A DNA stretch of 64,000 bases from the human T2T-CHM13v2.0 reference genome, Homo sapiens, in assembly GCA_009914755.4 (NCBI GenBank), contig CP068257.2, positions 10,432,001 through 10,496,000 of the forward strand, in the 5' to 3' direction. The number at the start of each line of letters is the position of its first letter. Within the stretch, counting starts at the first letter, position 1. The notes below the pieces were generated by a model. That model did no database searches. It was not told the DNA's origin and saw only the letters and a list, made by a program, of their open reading frames with translations. Below, in pieces: positions 29,801 through 44,822 of this stretch. The position numbers were made by a program, and so were the translations under genes.

Positions 29801-32800
29801 GGAATGGAATGGAATGAGCTCAAATGGAATGAATTGGTATGGAATGGAGACAAATGGAATGGGATGGAAAGTAATGGAACGGAATGGACTGGAATGGAAT
29901 TGCTTTGAATGAAAGGAACTCTAATGGAATGGAATGGAATGGACTCAAATGGAATAGAATGGAATGGAATGGAATCGAAAGGAGTAGAATGGAATGGACT
30001 TTTATGGAATGGAGAGGAATGTAACGGACTAGAGTGGAATGGAGTGGAATGGACTTGAATGGAATAGAATGGAATCTAATGGACTTGATTGGAAAAGAAT
30101 TGAATGGAATGGAATGGACTCAAAAGTAATGGAATGCAATGGACTCAAGTGGAATGGAATGGACATGAATGGAAAAAAATGGAATAGAATGGACTCGAAT
30201 GGAATACTATGGAATTTAATGGAATGGACTCAAATGGAATACAATGGAATGGATGTCAATGGAATGGAATGCAATGGAATGGACTCAATTGAAATGGAAT
30301 GGGATTGAATGGTCTCGAAAGGAATAGAATGGAATGCAATGGAATGGACTCGAATGGAATGGAATGGAATGGAATGAAATGTAATGGAATGGACTTGAAT
30401 GGAATAGAATGTAATGTAATGGAATGGACTCGAAGGGATTGGAATGGAATGGATTTGAATGGAATAGAATGGAATCAAAAGGAATGGAATGGAATTTAAT
30501 TGAATGGAATCTAAAGGAATGGAATGTAATAGAATGGACTCGAATGGAATAGAATGGAATGGACTTGAATGGAATGGAATGCAATAGAATGGATTCGAAT
30601 GGAATGGACTCGAATGGATTAGAATGTAATGTATTTGAATGGAATTTAATGGAATTGAAAGGACTCGAAAGGAATGGAATGGAATGCAATGGAATGGACT
30701 CTAATGGAATAGAAGGCAATGGATGACAATGGAATGGAATGCAATGGAATGGACTCGAATGGAATAGAATGCAATGGATGACAATGGAATTGAATGCAAT
30801 GGAATGGACTCGAATGGAATGGAATGGAGTGGACTGGAATGCAATGGAATGGAATGGACTTCATTGGAATGTAATGAGATGGAAAGGAATGGACTTGAAT
30901 GGAATAGAATGGAATGGAATGAAATGGACTGGATGGGAATGGAATGGAATGAATTTGAATGGAATGGAATGGACTCGAAAGGAGTGGAATGGAATCTAAA
31001 GGAAATGAATCTAATGGAATGGACTCGAATGGAATAGTATGGAATGGACTCAAATGAAATGGAATGCAATGAAATGGATTCGAATGGAATGGACTCGAAT
31101 GGAATAGAATGTAATGTATTAGAATGGAATGGAAAGGAATTGAAAGGAATCGAAAGGAATGGAAAGGAATGCAATGGAATGGATTCAAATTGAATGGTAT
31201 GCAATGGGCTCGATGGAATGGAATGCAACGGAATAGACGTGTATGGCATTGAATGGAATTGACTGGAAAGCAATTGAATGGAATGGACACGAATGGATTG
31301 GAATGGGATGGAATGAGCTCAAATGGAATGGAATGGTATGGAATGGAGACGAATGGAATGGGATGGAAAGTAATGGAACGGAATGGACTGGAATGGAATT
31401 GCTTTGAATGAAAGGAACTCTAATGGAATGGAATGGAATGGACTCAAATGGAATAGCATGGAATTGAATGGATTTGAATGCCATGGAATGGAATGGAATT
31501 GAAAGGAATGGAGTGCCCTCAAACAGAATGGAAGGGAATGGAACGGACTCAAATGGAAGGGAATGGAATGGTCTCAAATGGAATAGAATGGAATGGAATG
31601 GAACCAAAAGGAGTAGAATGGAAGGGACTCGTATGGAATGGAGTGGAATGAAATGGACTAGAATGGAATGGAGTGGAATAGACTTGAATGGAATGGAAAG
31701 GAATCTAATGGACTTGATTGGAAAAGAATTGAATGGAATGGAATGGACACAAAAGTAATGGAATGCAATGGAATTGAGTGGAATGGAATGGACATGAATA
31801 AAAAAATGGAATAGAATAGACTCGAATGGAATCCAATGGAATTTAATGGAATGGACTCTAATGGAATGGAATGGAATTGAATCAAATGGAATAGAAAGGA
31901 AAGGATGTCAATGGAATGGAATGAAATGGAATGAACTCAAAAGAAATGGAATGGAATTGAATGGTATCTAAAGGAATGGAATGTAATGCAGTGGAATGGA
32001 CTCGAATGAAATGGAATGGAATGGACTGGACTGGAATGGAATGGAATGGACTGGAATGAAATGGAAAGGAATGGACTTGAATGGAATAGAATGGAATGGA
32101 ATGGAATGGAATGGAATGGAATGGAATGGAATGGAATGGAATGGACTCGATGGGAACGGAATGGATTGCATTTGAATGGAATGGAATGGACTCAAAAGGA
32201 AAGGAATGGAATTTAATGGAATGGAATTTAAAGGAATGTAATGTAATGGAATGGACTCGAATGGAATAGAATGGAATCGACTTGAATGGAATGGAATGCA
32301 ATGGAATGGATTCGAATGGAAGAGACCCGAATGGATTAGAATGTAATGTATTCGAATGGAATTTAATGGAATTGAATGGACTCGAAAGGAATGGAATGGA
32401 ATGCAATGGAATGGACTCGAATGGAATGGAATGCAATGACTCGATGGAATGGAATGCAATGGAATGGACTCGTACCTAATTGAGTGGAATTGACACGAAC
32501 GGCATTGAATGGAATGGACCCGAATGGAATGGAATGGAATGGAATGATCTCAAATGGAACGGAATGGTATGGAAAGGAGACGAATGGAATGGAATGGAAT
32601 GGAATGGAATGGAATGGAATGGAATGGAATGGAATGGAATGGAATGGAATTGCTTTGAATGAAAGGGACTCTAATGGAATGGAATGTAATGGAATGGAAT
32701 GGAATCAAATGGAATAGCATGGAATTCAATGGATTTGAATGTAATGGAATGGAATGGAATCGAAAGGAATTGAGTGGACTCAAACGGAAGGGAATGGAAC

Positions 32801-33000
32801 GGACTCGAACAGAATAGAACGGAATGGAATGGAATGGAATATATTGGAATGGACTCGAATGGAGTAGAAAGGAATGGACTCGAATGGAATGGAGTGGAAT
32901 GTAACGAACTAGAATGGAATGGAGTGGAATGGACTTCAATGGAATGGAAGGGAATCTAATGGTCTTGATTGGAATAGAATTGGATGGAGTAGAATGGACT
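26900..33000 (+). repeat. Satellite region with ~1.5-kb higher-order periodicity (about 4 copies, with internal indels)
   Basis: Marker 'gaatgtaatgtattagaatggaatggaaaggaattgaaaggaa' recurs at 28102, 29611 and 31114 (spacing 1509 and 1503). Marker 'ttagaatgtaatgtattcgaatggaatttaatggaattga' recurs at ~29255, ~30625 and ~32338. The internal A-run 'gaatggaaaaaaa(aa)tgg' recurs at ~28757, ~30171 and ~31797. Unequal spacing of the second and third markers shows indels within copies. Confidence 0.75.
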
Positions 33001-35446
33001 CAAAAGTAACGGAATGGAATGGATTCGAGTGGAATGGAATGGACACGAATGGAATGAAATTGAATAGAATGGACTCGAACGGAATACAATGTAATTTAAT
33101 GAAATGGACTCTAATGGAACGTAATGGAATGGACTCAAATGTCATAGAATGGAATGGACGCCAATGGAATGGAAGGCAATGGAATGGAATCGAATGGAAT
33201 GGACTGGAATGAAATGGAATGGAATAGAATGGTCTCGAAAGGAATAGAATGGAATGAAATGGAATGGACTAAAATGCAATGGAATGTACAGGAATGGAAT
33301 GTAATGAAATGGAATGGAATGGACTAGAATTGAATGGAATGGAATGGAATGGAATGGAATTGATGGGAATGGAATGGAATGGATTTGAATGGAATCAAAT
33401 GGACTCGAAAGGAATGGAATGGAATTTAATGGAATGTAGTCTAATGGAATGGAATCGAATGTAATGGACTCAAATGGAAAAGAATGGAATGGACTCGAAT
33501 GGAATGGAATGCAGTGGAATGGATTCCAATGGAATGGACTCGAATGGAATGGAATGGAATGGATTCAAACGGAATGTAGTGGAATGGAATGGAATGGAAT
33601 GGAATGGAATGGAACGGAAAAGGAATGGAATGGAATGGAAAGGAATTGAATGGAATGGAATGGAATGCAACGGAATTGGATGGAATGGACTTGAATGGAA
33701 TAGTAAGGAATGGAATGGAATGGCCTCGAATGGAATGGAATGCAATGGGCTCGAGTGAAATAGAATGGATACAAATGGAATGGAATGGAATAGAACAGAC
33801 TTGAATGGAATAGAATTGTATTTATTGGAATGGACTCTAAAGGAAAGGAATGGAATGGACTCGAATGGAAAGCAATTGAATGGACTCAAATGGAATAGAA
33901 TGGAATTGAATGGAATTGATTGGAATGGAATGGAATGGGATGGAATGGAATGGAATGGGATGGGATGGAATAGAATGGAATGGATTGGAATGGAGTAGAA
34001 TGGACTCGAATGGAAGGGAAAGGAATGGACACGAATGGAATGCAATGGAATGGAATGGAATGCAATGCAATGGAATGGAATGGAATTGACACAAATGGAA
34101 TGAAATGGGATGGAATGGAATGGAATGGAATGGAATGGAATGGATTGGAATGAAGTACAATGGACTCGAATGGAAGGGAAAGGAATGGACACGAATGGAA
34201 TGCAGTGGAATGGAATGGAATGGAATGGAATGGAATGGAATGGAATGGAATGGAATGCAACGGAATGGAATGGAATTGACTCAAATGAAATGGAATGAAA
34301 TGGAATTTACTCGAATGGAATGAAATGGAATGGACTCGAATGGAATGGACTGGAAACGATTGTAATGGAACAGAATGGAATGGACTTGAATGTAATATAA
34401 TGGAATGGATTCTAATGGAATGGAATGCAATGGAATGGACTCCAATGGATTAAAATGGAATGGACTTGAATGGAATGGGATGGATTTAAGTGGACTCAAA
34501 TGGGATGGGATGGAATAAACTCTAATTGAATGGAACGGAGTGGAATGTACACGAATGGAATGGAAAGGAATTCACTCGAATGGAATTGATTCAAGTGGAA
34601 TGGAATCGAGTGGAGTGGAATGGAATGGAATGGAACGGAATGGAATGGAATGGACTCGAATGGAAGGGAATTGAATTAACCCGAATTTAATGGAATGGAA
34701 TGGAAAGAAATGGAATCGAATGGAATGGAACGGAATGGAATTGACCCGAATGGAGTGGAATGGAATGGAATGGACCCTAATGGAATGGAATTGAATGGAC
34801 CCGAATGGAATGGAATCGAATGGAATTGCAAGGCACGGAATGGAATGAAATGGAATGGAATGGTATGGAATGGAATGGAATGGACTCTAACGGAATTGAA
34901 TGGAATGGAATGGAATGAAACCAAAATTAATGGAATGGAATGGACTCGAATGGAATAGAATGGACATGAATGGAATGGAATCGAATGGACCCAAATCGAA
35001 TGGAATGGAATGGAATGGAATGGAATGGAATGGAATGGAATGAATTTGAATGGAATGTAGTTGAATTGAATAGATCTGAAAGGAATGGAATGGAATGAAA
35101 TGGACTCGAATGGAATGGAAGGGAACGGAGTGGAATCGAATGAAATGGAATGGACCCGAATGGAATGGAATGGAATGGAATGGAATAGAATCCAGTGGAA
35201 TGGAATGGAATGGAAAGGAATTGACTCGAATGGAATTGAAATGACTTGAGTACGTTGGAGTGGAATGGAATGGACTTGAAAGGAACAGAATGTGATTTAA
35301 TGGAATGGACTCTAATGGAATGGAATGCAATGGATTCGAAGGGAATACAATGGAATGGAATCGAATGAAATGGAATGGAATTGAATGGACTTGATTGGAA
35401 TGCAATGGAATGGAATAGACTCGAAGGAAATGGAATAGAAAGGACC

Positions 35447-35515
35447 CGAATGTAATGTAATGTAATGTAATGTAATGTAATGTAATGTAAAGTAATGTAA
35501 CGTAATGTAAGGTAA
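35447..35515 (+). repeat. (GTAAT)n / (AATGT)n variant-pentamer microsatellite embedded in the HSat3 array
   Basis: 'gaatgtaatgtaatgtaatgtaatgtaatgtaatgtaaagtaatgtaacgtaatgtaaggtaatgaaat'. The minus-strand ORF reads ITLHYITLHYITLHY. Confidence 0.85.
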
Positions 35516-38500
35516 TGAAATTTAATGGAATGAAAGGGAATGGAATGGAATCGACATGAATGGAATAGAATGTAATGGAATGGAATGGATACAAAGACAA
35601 TGGAGTGGAATGTACTCCTTTGGAATGGAATGGACTCAAATGGAATGGAATATAATTTAATGTAATGAACTCTAATGGAATGGAATCTAATGGAATGGAA
35701 AGGAATGGACTCAAATGGGATAGAACGGAATGGACGCCAATGGAATGGAATGCAATGGAATGGAATCGAATGAAATTGACTCGAATGAAATGGAATGGAA
35801 TTGAATGGTCTCGAAAGCAATAGAATGGAATGAAATGGAATGGACTCGAATGGAATGGAATGTGCTGGAATGGAATGAAATGAAATGGAATGGAATGGAA
35901 TGGAATGGAATGGAATGGACTTGAATGGAATAGAATGGAATGGAATGGAATGGAATGGAATGGAATGGAATGGAATGGAATGGACTTGTTGGGAATGGAA
36001 TGGAATGGATTGGAATGGAATGGATTTGAATGGAATGGACTCGAAAGGAATGGAATGGAATTTAATGGAATGGAATCTAATGGAATGGAATAGAAAGTAA
36101 TGGACTTGCATGGAAAAGAATGGAATGTACTCGAATGGAATGGAATGCAATGGAATGGACTCGAATGGAATGGATGCGAACGGAATGGAATAGAATAGAT
36201 TCGAATGGAATGTAGTGGAATGGAACGCATTTGAATGGAATGGAATGGAATGGATTCGAATGGAATGGAATGGAATTGAATGGACTTCAAAGGAGTGGAA
36301 TCGAATTGAATGGACTCGAAAAGAATGGAATGGAATGCAATGGAATGGACTCGAAAGGAATGGAATGGAATGGACTTGAATGGATTTGAATGCAATGGAA
36401 TGGATTCGAATGGATTTGAATCGAATGGAATTGAATGGAATCTACTAGATTGGAATAGAATGGAATGAACTCGAATGGAATGGTTTGGAATGGAATGGAC
36501 TTGTATGGAATGGAGTGGAATAGACTCGAATGGAATGGAATTGAATGGACTCGACTGGAATGGAATGTAAAGGAATGAAATTGACTAGAATGGAATGGAA
36601 TGGAATGGAATGGAATCGAATGGATTTGAATGCAGTGGAATGGATTTGAATCGACTTGAATCGAATGGAATTGAATGGAATATACTGGATTGGAATCGAA
36701 TGGAATGAACTCGAATGGAATGGTGTGGAATGGAATGGACTTGTGTGGAATGGAGTGGAATAGACTCGAATGGAATGGAATTGAATGGACTCAACTGGAA
36801 TGGAATGTAAGGAAATGAAGTTGACTATGGAATGGAATGGAGTCGAATGGAATGCTATGGAATGGAATGAAATGAAATGGAATGTACTCGAATGAAATGC
36901 AGTGGAGTGGAATGGAATCAAATGGAATGGAATAGAATGGACCCGAATGGAATGGAATGGAACGGAATGGACGCGAATAGAATGCAATGGAATCGAAAGG
37001 GATGGAATGGAATGGAATGGAATGGAGTGGAATAGAATGGAATGGAATGGACTCGAATGGATTGGAATGGAATTTAATGGAATGGACCCTAATGGAATGG
37101 AAAGGGATGGACTCGAATGGAATAGAATGCAATGGACTCGAATGAATTTGAATGCAATTGATTCGATAGGAATGGAATGGAATTCAGTGAAACGGAATGG
37201 AATGCTATGGAATGGACTCAAATGGAATTGACTCGAATGGATTTGAATTGATTGGACCTGAATGGATTTCAACAGAATGAAATGGGTTCGAGTGGAATGG
37301 AATTGGATGGAATGGGCACTAATGGAATGGAATGGAATGGCTCAAATGAAATAGAAGGGAAAGGATTCGAATGGACTCGAATGGAAGGGAATGCCTTCAA
37401 ATGGAATGGAATTGAAAGGAATGAACTTGAAAGGAATAGAAAGGAACGGAATGGAACAGACTCGAATGGAAAGGAATGGAATGGACTCGAATGGAATAGA
37501 ACGGAATTCATTTGAATGGAATAGAATGGAATGCATTCGAATGGAATGGCATAAAATGGAACGTATGGAATGGAATGGAATTGAGTTGACATGAATGGAA
37601 TGGAATGGACTCGAATGGAATGGACACGAATGTAATGGAGTGAAATGGAATGGAATGGAATGGAGTGGAATGGAATGGACTCAAATGGAATGGAATGGAA
37701 TTGAATGGACTTGAAAGGAATGGAATGAAATGAGAGAGATTGGACTCGAATGGAATGGAATGGAATGGACCTGAATGGAATAGAATGGACTCAAATGTAT
37801 TGGAATGGATTGGAACAGTCTCGAGTGGAATGGAATGGAATGGAGTGGAATGGAATGTAGTCGAAAGGCATGGAATGGAATTGACTCAAATGGAATAGAA
37901 AGGTATGGACTCGAATGGAATGGAATGCAATTGAATGGACTCGAATGGAATGGAATTGAATGGAATGGAATGGAATGGAATGAAATGAAATGGACTCAAA
38001 TGCAATGGAATGGAATGGAGTCAAATGGAATGGAATGGACTGGAAAGGAATGGAATTTAATGGAAATGACTCGAGTTAAATGGAATGGAATGGAATGGAA
38101 TGGAATGGAATGGAATGGAATGGACTCGAATGCACTGGAATGGACTCAAATGGAATGGAATGAAATGAAATCGACTCGAGTTGAATGGAATGGAAAGGAG
38201 TGGACTCAAATGAAATGGAATGCAATGGAATGGAATTGAGTGGAATAGAATGGAATTTACCCTAATGGAATGGCATGGAAAGGATACGACTCTAATGGAA
38301 TGGAATGGAATGGAATGGAATGGAATGGAATGGAATGGAATGGAATGGAGTGGAATGGAATTGAATGGAGTGGAATGGAATGGAATGGAGTGGAATGGAA
38401 TGGAATGGACAGGAAAGGAACGGAAAGGAATGGAAAGGGCTGGAATGGAACGAAATGGAATAGAATGTACTCGAATAGAATGGAATTCAATGGACTCGAA

Positions 38501-41500
38501 TGGAATGCAATGGACTCGAATGGAAACAATGGAATTGATCTGAATAGAATTGAATGGAATGGAATGGAAAGGACTTGAATGGAATAGAATGGATTGGAAT
38601 GGAATGGTATTGAATGGAATGGAATGGAATGGACTCGAATGGAATGGAATGGACTTTAATAGAATGGAATGGAATGGAATAGACATGAATGGAATTGAAT
38701 GGGTTTTACTGGAGTGGACTCTAATGGAATGGACTCTAATGGAGGGGAATGGAATGGACTCGAATGGAATGAACTGTAATAGAATGGTTTAGAATGGAAT
38801 GGACTCGAGTGGAATGGAAAGGAATGGGATGGACTCGAATGAAATGTTATGGAATAGAAGGAATGGAATGGACTCAAATGGAATGGACCCAAATGGAAAG
38901 GAATGGAATGGAATGGTATGGAATGGAATGGTTTGGAATGATCTCGAATGGAATTGAGTGGAATGGACTGGAATCTAATGGAATGGAACAGAATGGAATG
39001 GACTCGAATGGAATAGAATGGAATTGACTCGAATGGAATTGAATTGAATGGACATGAGTGGAATGGAATGGAATGGAATGGAATGGAATGGAATGGAACG
39101 GAATGGAATGGAATGGAATGGACTCGAATGGAATGGAATGGAGTGGAATCTAATGACTCGAATTGAATGGAATGGAATGGACTCGAATGGAATGGATTCG
39201 AATGGAATGGAATGGAATGGAATGGACTCGAATGGAATGGGCTGGAATGGAATGGATTTGAATAGAATGGAATGGACTCGAAAGGAATGGAATGGAATGG
39301 ACTCAATTGGAATAGAATGTAATGGAATGGACTCCAATGGAATGGAGTGGAATTGACTCCAATGGAATGGAACGGTCTCGAATGGAATGGAATGGAAAGG
39401 AATGGACTCGAATGGAATAGAATGGAATGGAATGGAATTGACTCCAATGGAAGGGGTTGAATGGAATGGACTAGAATATATGGAGTGGAAAGGACTCAAA
39501 TGGAATAGAATGGAATGGAGAGGACTCCAATGGAATTGAAGGCAATGGACTCGAATGGAATGGAAATTACTCGAATGGAATGGAATGTAAAGTATTGGAC
39601 TCGAATGGAATAGCATGGAATGGAATTGAATGGACTCGAGTGCAATGGAATTGAATGGACTCGAATGGAATCGAATGGAATGGAATCGAATGGAATGGAG
39701 AAAATTGAATGGACAAGAATGGTGTGGAATGGAATGAAATGGACCCGAATGGAATGGAATGAAATGAAATGGACCCGTATGTCATGGACTGGAATGGAAT
39801 GGAATGGACTGGAATGGAATACAAATTCATACAATGGAATGGAGTTGAAAGGAATAGAATGGAATGGAAGGGAAAGGACTCGAAAGTAATAGAGTGGAAT
39901 GGACTCAAATGGAATAGAATGGAATCGAATGGACTCAAATGGAATGGAATCGAATGGACTTGCATGGAACGGAACGGACTCGATCGGAATGCAATGGAAT
40001 TGAATGGACGTAAAAGGAACAGAATGGATGGAATGAAATGGACTCGAATGGAATGGCATGGAATGGACTCGAATAGAATAGAATGGAATGGACTCGAAAA
40101 TAATGGAGTGAAATGAAATGGATTCGAATGGAATGGACTCGAAAATAATGGAGTAGAATGGAGTGGACTTGAATGGAATGGAGTTTAATGGACTCGAATG
40201 CCAAGAAATGGAATTCAATGGAATTGACTGCAATGGAATGTAACAGAAAGAAATGTACTAGGATGGAATGGAGTGGAATGTAATGAAATGGACTCGAATG
40301 GGAAGGAATGGAATCGAATGGAATGGAATGGAATGGAATGGAAAAATGGAATGTAATGGAATGGAATGTTATGGACTCGAATGGAATGCTATTGAATTGA
40401 ATGGACTCAAAAGGAATGCAATGGAATGGAATGGAAAGGAATGGAATGGACTCGAATGGAATGAAATGGAATGGCCTCGAATGGAATGGAATGGACATGA
40501 ATGGAATGAAATAGAATGGAATCGACTCGAGTTGAATGGAATGGAATGGAATGGACTCGAATGGTATGGAATGCAATGGAATGGACTCGAATGGAATGGC
40601 CCCAGATGGAATGGAATGGAGTGGAATGGAATGGAGTGGAATGGAATGGAATGGAATGGAATGGAATGGAATGGACTCGAATGTAATGGAATGTAATCGA
40701 AGGGACTCGAATGGAATGGAATGGAATAGAAGGGACTCGAATGGAATGAAATGAAATCTAATTTACTCGAATGGCATGGACTGCACTCGATTGGAATTGA
40801 GTGCAATGGATTAGAATTGACCCGAATGGAATGGAATGGAATTGACTTGAATGGAAAAGAATGGAATTTAATGTAATGGACTCGAAGGTATTGGAATGGA
40901 ACTGACACGAATGGAATGGAATTGACTCGAATGGAATGGAAAGGAGTTTAATGGAATGGACACTAATGAAATGGAATCTAATTTAATGCAATGGAATGGA
41001 TTCAAATGGAATACCATGAAATGTACTCGAATGGAGTGGAATGCAAAGGAATGGACTCGAATGTAATGGAATTAAATAGACTCAAACTGAATGGAATGGA
41101 ATTGAATGGTGTCGAAAGTGATGGAATGGAATGCAATGGAATGGACTCCAGAGGAATGGAATGAAATTGACTCAAAAGGAATTGAATGGAATGGACCACA
41201 ATGGAATGAATGGAATGGAATGGACCCGAATGCAGTGGATTGCTTTGTAATTGAGTGGAATGGAATGGAATTTAATGGAATGGACCCTAATGGAATGGAA
41301 TGGAATGGACTCGAAAGGAATAGAATGGAATGGACTCAAATGGAATGGAATGAAATGGAATGGACTGGAATTGAATGGAATGAACTCGAATGGAATGGAA
41401 TGGAATGGAATCGACTCGAATTGAATGGAATGGAATGGATTGGACTCGAATTGAATGGAATGGAATGGATTGGACTCGAATAGAATGGAATGGAATGGAC

Positions 41501-43830
41501 TCGAATTCAATAGAATGGAATGGACACGAATGGAATGGAATGGAATTGAATGGACTTGAATGGAATGGAATGGAATCGACTCAAATGCAATAGAACTGAA
41601 TGGACACGAATGAAATGGAATGGAATGGAATGGACTAGAATGGAACGCAATGGAATGGACTCGAATGGAATAGAATGGAATGGACTTGAATGGAATGGAA
41701 TGGATTGGAATGGACTCGAATGGAATGGAGTGGAATGGACTCAAATGGAATGGAATGGAACTGAATTGACTTGAATCGAATGGAATGGAATGGAATGGAA
41801 TGGAATCAAATGGAATGGAATGGAATCAAATGGAATGGAATGTATTGGAATGAAATGGAGTCGAATGGAATGGAATGGAATCGAAAGGAAACTAGTGGAA
41901 TTGAATGAGCTCGAAAGGAATGGAATGGAATGGAGTGGACTCGATTGGAATGGAATGGTATGGACTCGAAAGAAATGGAATGGATTAGAATGGAATGGAA
42001 TGGAATGGAAATGACTCGAGTAGAATGCAAAGGAATGGCATGGAATGGAATGGAATCGAATAGAATGGATTGGATTGGAATGTAATGGACTCGAATGTAA
42101 TGCAATGGAATCGAATCGAGTGGAATTGAATGGAATGGAATGGAATGGAATTGAAAGGACTCGAATGGAATGGAATGGAACTCAAAGGACTCGAATGGAA
42201 TGGAGTTCAATGGAATGGAATGGACTCGAATGGAATGGATCGGAATGGACTCGAATGGAATGGAATTGAAAGGACTCGAATGGAATGGAATGGAACTCAA
42301 TGGACTCGAATGGAATGGAGTTCAATGGAATGGAATGGACTCGAATGGAATGGATCGGAATGGACTCGAATGGAATGGAATGGACAGGTTTCGAATTGAA
42401 TGGAATGGAAGGGAATGGTCTCGAATGGAATCGAATGGAATGGACTCAAATGGAATGGAATGGAATGCAATGGATTCAAATGGAATGGAATGGATACAAA
42501 TTGAATGGAATGGACTCGAGTGGAATGGAATGGACTCGAATGGAATGGAATGGAATGCATTGGATTCAAATGGAATGGAATGGATACAAATTGAATGGAA
42601 TGGACTCGAGTGGAATGGAATGGACTCGAATGGAATGCAATGGAATGGACTTGAATGGCATAGAATGGAATGGAATCGAATGGAATGGGTTGGACTCGAA
42701 TGGACTCGAGTGGAATGGAATCGAATTTAATGAACTCGAATGGAATGGAATGTAATTGAATGGAATGGACTCAAATGGTATGCAATGAATTCGAATGGAA
42801 TGGAATGATATGCAAAAGACTCGAATGGAATGGTTTGGAATGGACTCGAGTGGAATGGAATGGAATAGAATGAAATGGAATGGAATGGAATGGAATGGAA
42901 TGGAATGGAATGGAATGGACTGGAATGGAATGGAATGCAATGCAATGGAGTGGACTGGAATGAAATCAGATGAAATGGAATCGAATGGAATGGAATGGAA
43001 TAGAATGTACTCGAATGGAATGGACGGACTCAAACGCAAATATCACTGAGGCTTTCCTTGGAGTAGCTCCTGTAATTAGAATCATTGGTACTCTGCCCTC
43101 CTGTCAGTGGTGGAACGTTCTATCGGCATATGTGGAAGCCTGTTAGAAGGACGAGTTTCTTTGAACACAATAAAATTTTAAGTTAGGAATAACTTATTTG
43201 AAAGCAATTCATTGAAAGTTATTGCTAAGAATTTAGAAGCAAAGTCTTCTGGCAGTCATTTCTTCGAGACGTACGGCAGTGTGGGAGGGATATATAAAGT
43301 GGAATAGGAACTTGGGCTAGTTAAATGGAATAGCCTCCAATGTTAATCTGTTTACCTCTTAACTGAATGAAAAATCCTATAGTTGTAAGAAAAGAAAATA
43401 TATACAATCCTCACACATTACCTTCTCATCAGCATAATTAATCTACATTGAAGATGAGTGTGGCAAAGCAGAGACTCTATATACAGAGAAAAACATAGGG
43501 AAATGCAAAGACACTGGGAGAAAAAAAGTGAAGGACAGTAGAGCAACTGGAAGCTTCTGACACCAACAGCTTGATGAACGGGTTCACTCAACCCTTGATG
43601 GACACAGAGTCACTTCTCTTAGGGAAACTCCAGTATTCTCAGGTGAAAATATGCAAACATGATGAATGTACACTTGCTACGTCTCCAATTGTGTACTGTT
43701 TTCCTTACTTCTGTTTGGAGAAGGAAGTCATATACTCAGGTCTAGTATCCATGTAGGGGGTGCTCCCCATTTGCAAGATACTAGAAAAAATGGCAAGTTA
43801 GAGGCCCACTGTTGTACAAATCAACTAGTT

Positions 43831-43833
<3 letters not shown>

Positions 43834-43882
<49 letters not shown>
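43834..43882. repeat. (TG)n dinucleotide microsatellite, about 24 units
   Basis: Uninterrupted 'tgtgtg...' run from 43834 to 43882. Confidence 0.95.
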
Positions 43883-43886
<4 letters not shown>

Positions 43887-44822
43887 GAAAAAGAAGACAT
43901 GGAGTGGGCATTGATCCACAAGTATATATGCCTACAGGTATTCTTAGATGTAATATTCAATTGCAGAAGACCAAACAAGATAGAGCATCCCCCAAAACCC
44001 TTCAAAATTTTTGTGCTCACTATGTGTCCACTAATTAAATGCATCCTGAGCTCCAGGGAAGGGCTCCCTGATGGTTTCTTAGAGTTCACTGGATCTTCTA
44101 AGGTCAATGTTTTCAAAAGATTGTGTCAGTAACATATGGTGTCACTGAAGGAGCATTTTAAACTAGGGCATGACCTCTTCCTATAGCCCTAGAAACACTG
44201 AGAGATAAATCCTCTGTGAGCCCAGATGGAAACCTCCATGCAGAGCAGAGGCAGTGCTGCAGGGGGCGCCCAGGACCCACCCAGAACAGGCTCCAGCCCC
44301 AGAGCTGGTGCACATGAGGCTGCAGCGGGGATTTCTCTGAGAACTGAGTGTTGTTTTATTGAAAACCAAAAAATTATAACATGTTAAAATTAGAATTTTG
44401 CAAAGACTATTTCTATTATCTCTATACATTTAGAAATAAATAAATCAACAATTCAGTGAGAACCACATTTAAAAGGCAAAATTGTTAGCGGTTTGAGGTA
44501 TTTTCCTAGTAAAAAATGAAGAACAGGGATGGTTTTATTAAATCAAAAGGTACACATTTCAGAAGACACATAGATCCCAAGAGTAAGACTGCAGACAGCA
44601 AAACCCCGAAAGGGTGGAGGCTGTCCATGTGCCATGTCCTGTGTGAGTCACCTTCTTAGTGGAGAAGTTCTCCCTTCACAAAGTTCTGGGCATATAAAGG
44701 GAAACACGACTTTAAATAAGAATGAGGACTTGTACCTCAGCATCCCACAGTTGTGTGGTTCATGTGAGATCTATTTTCTCTTTCTCATGCTGGATCAAGT
44801 GTAAGGCTATGAAGTAGTAGTT

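Larger units (their letters stand above)
12237..43034 (+). repeat. HSat3-type (GGAAT)n satellite array, continuation in the same orientation as 1-11587
   Basis: Same pentamer family and same strand polarity on both sides of the L1 fragment. The array ends at '...ggaatggacggactcaaac' (~43034), followed by non-repetitive sequence. Confidence 0.92.

Noticed and set aside
1-43034. Hundreds of 60-500-aa ORFs on both strands (MEWNGMEWNG... / HSIPFHSIPF...) in the supplied track
   Set aside because: A 5-nt repeat keeps all three frames of each strand open over long distances (GGAAT x3 = 15 nt = MEWNG without stops). The 'proteins' are low-complexity translations of the satellite, identical in all frames up to a shift. 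This is not evidence of coding.
1-43034. Regular short repeats that could superficially suggest a CRISPR-like array or a prokaryotic repeat system
   Set aside because: The period is 5 nt with no unique spacers, and the surrounding sequence contains Alu, L1, THE1 and immunoglobulin V genes. This is primate satellite DNA, not a prokaryotic locus.
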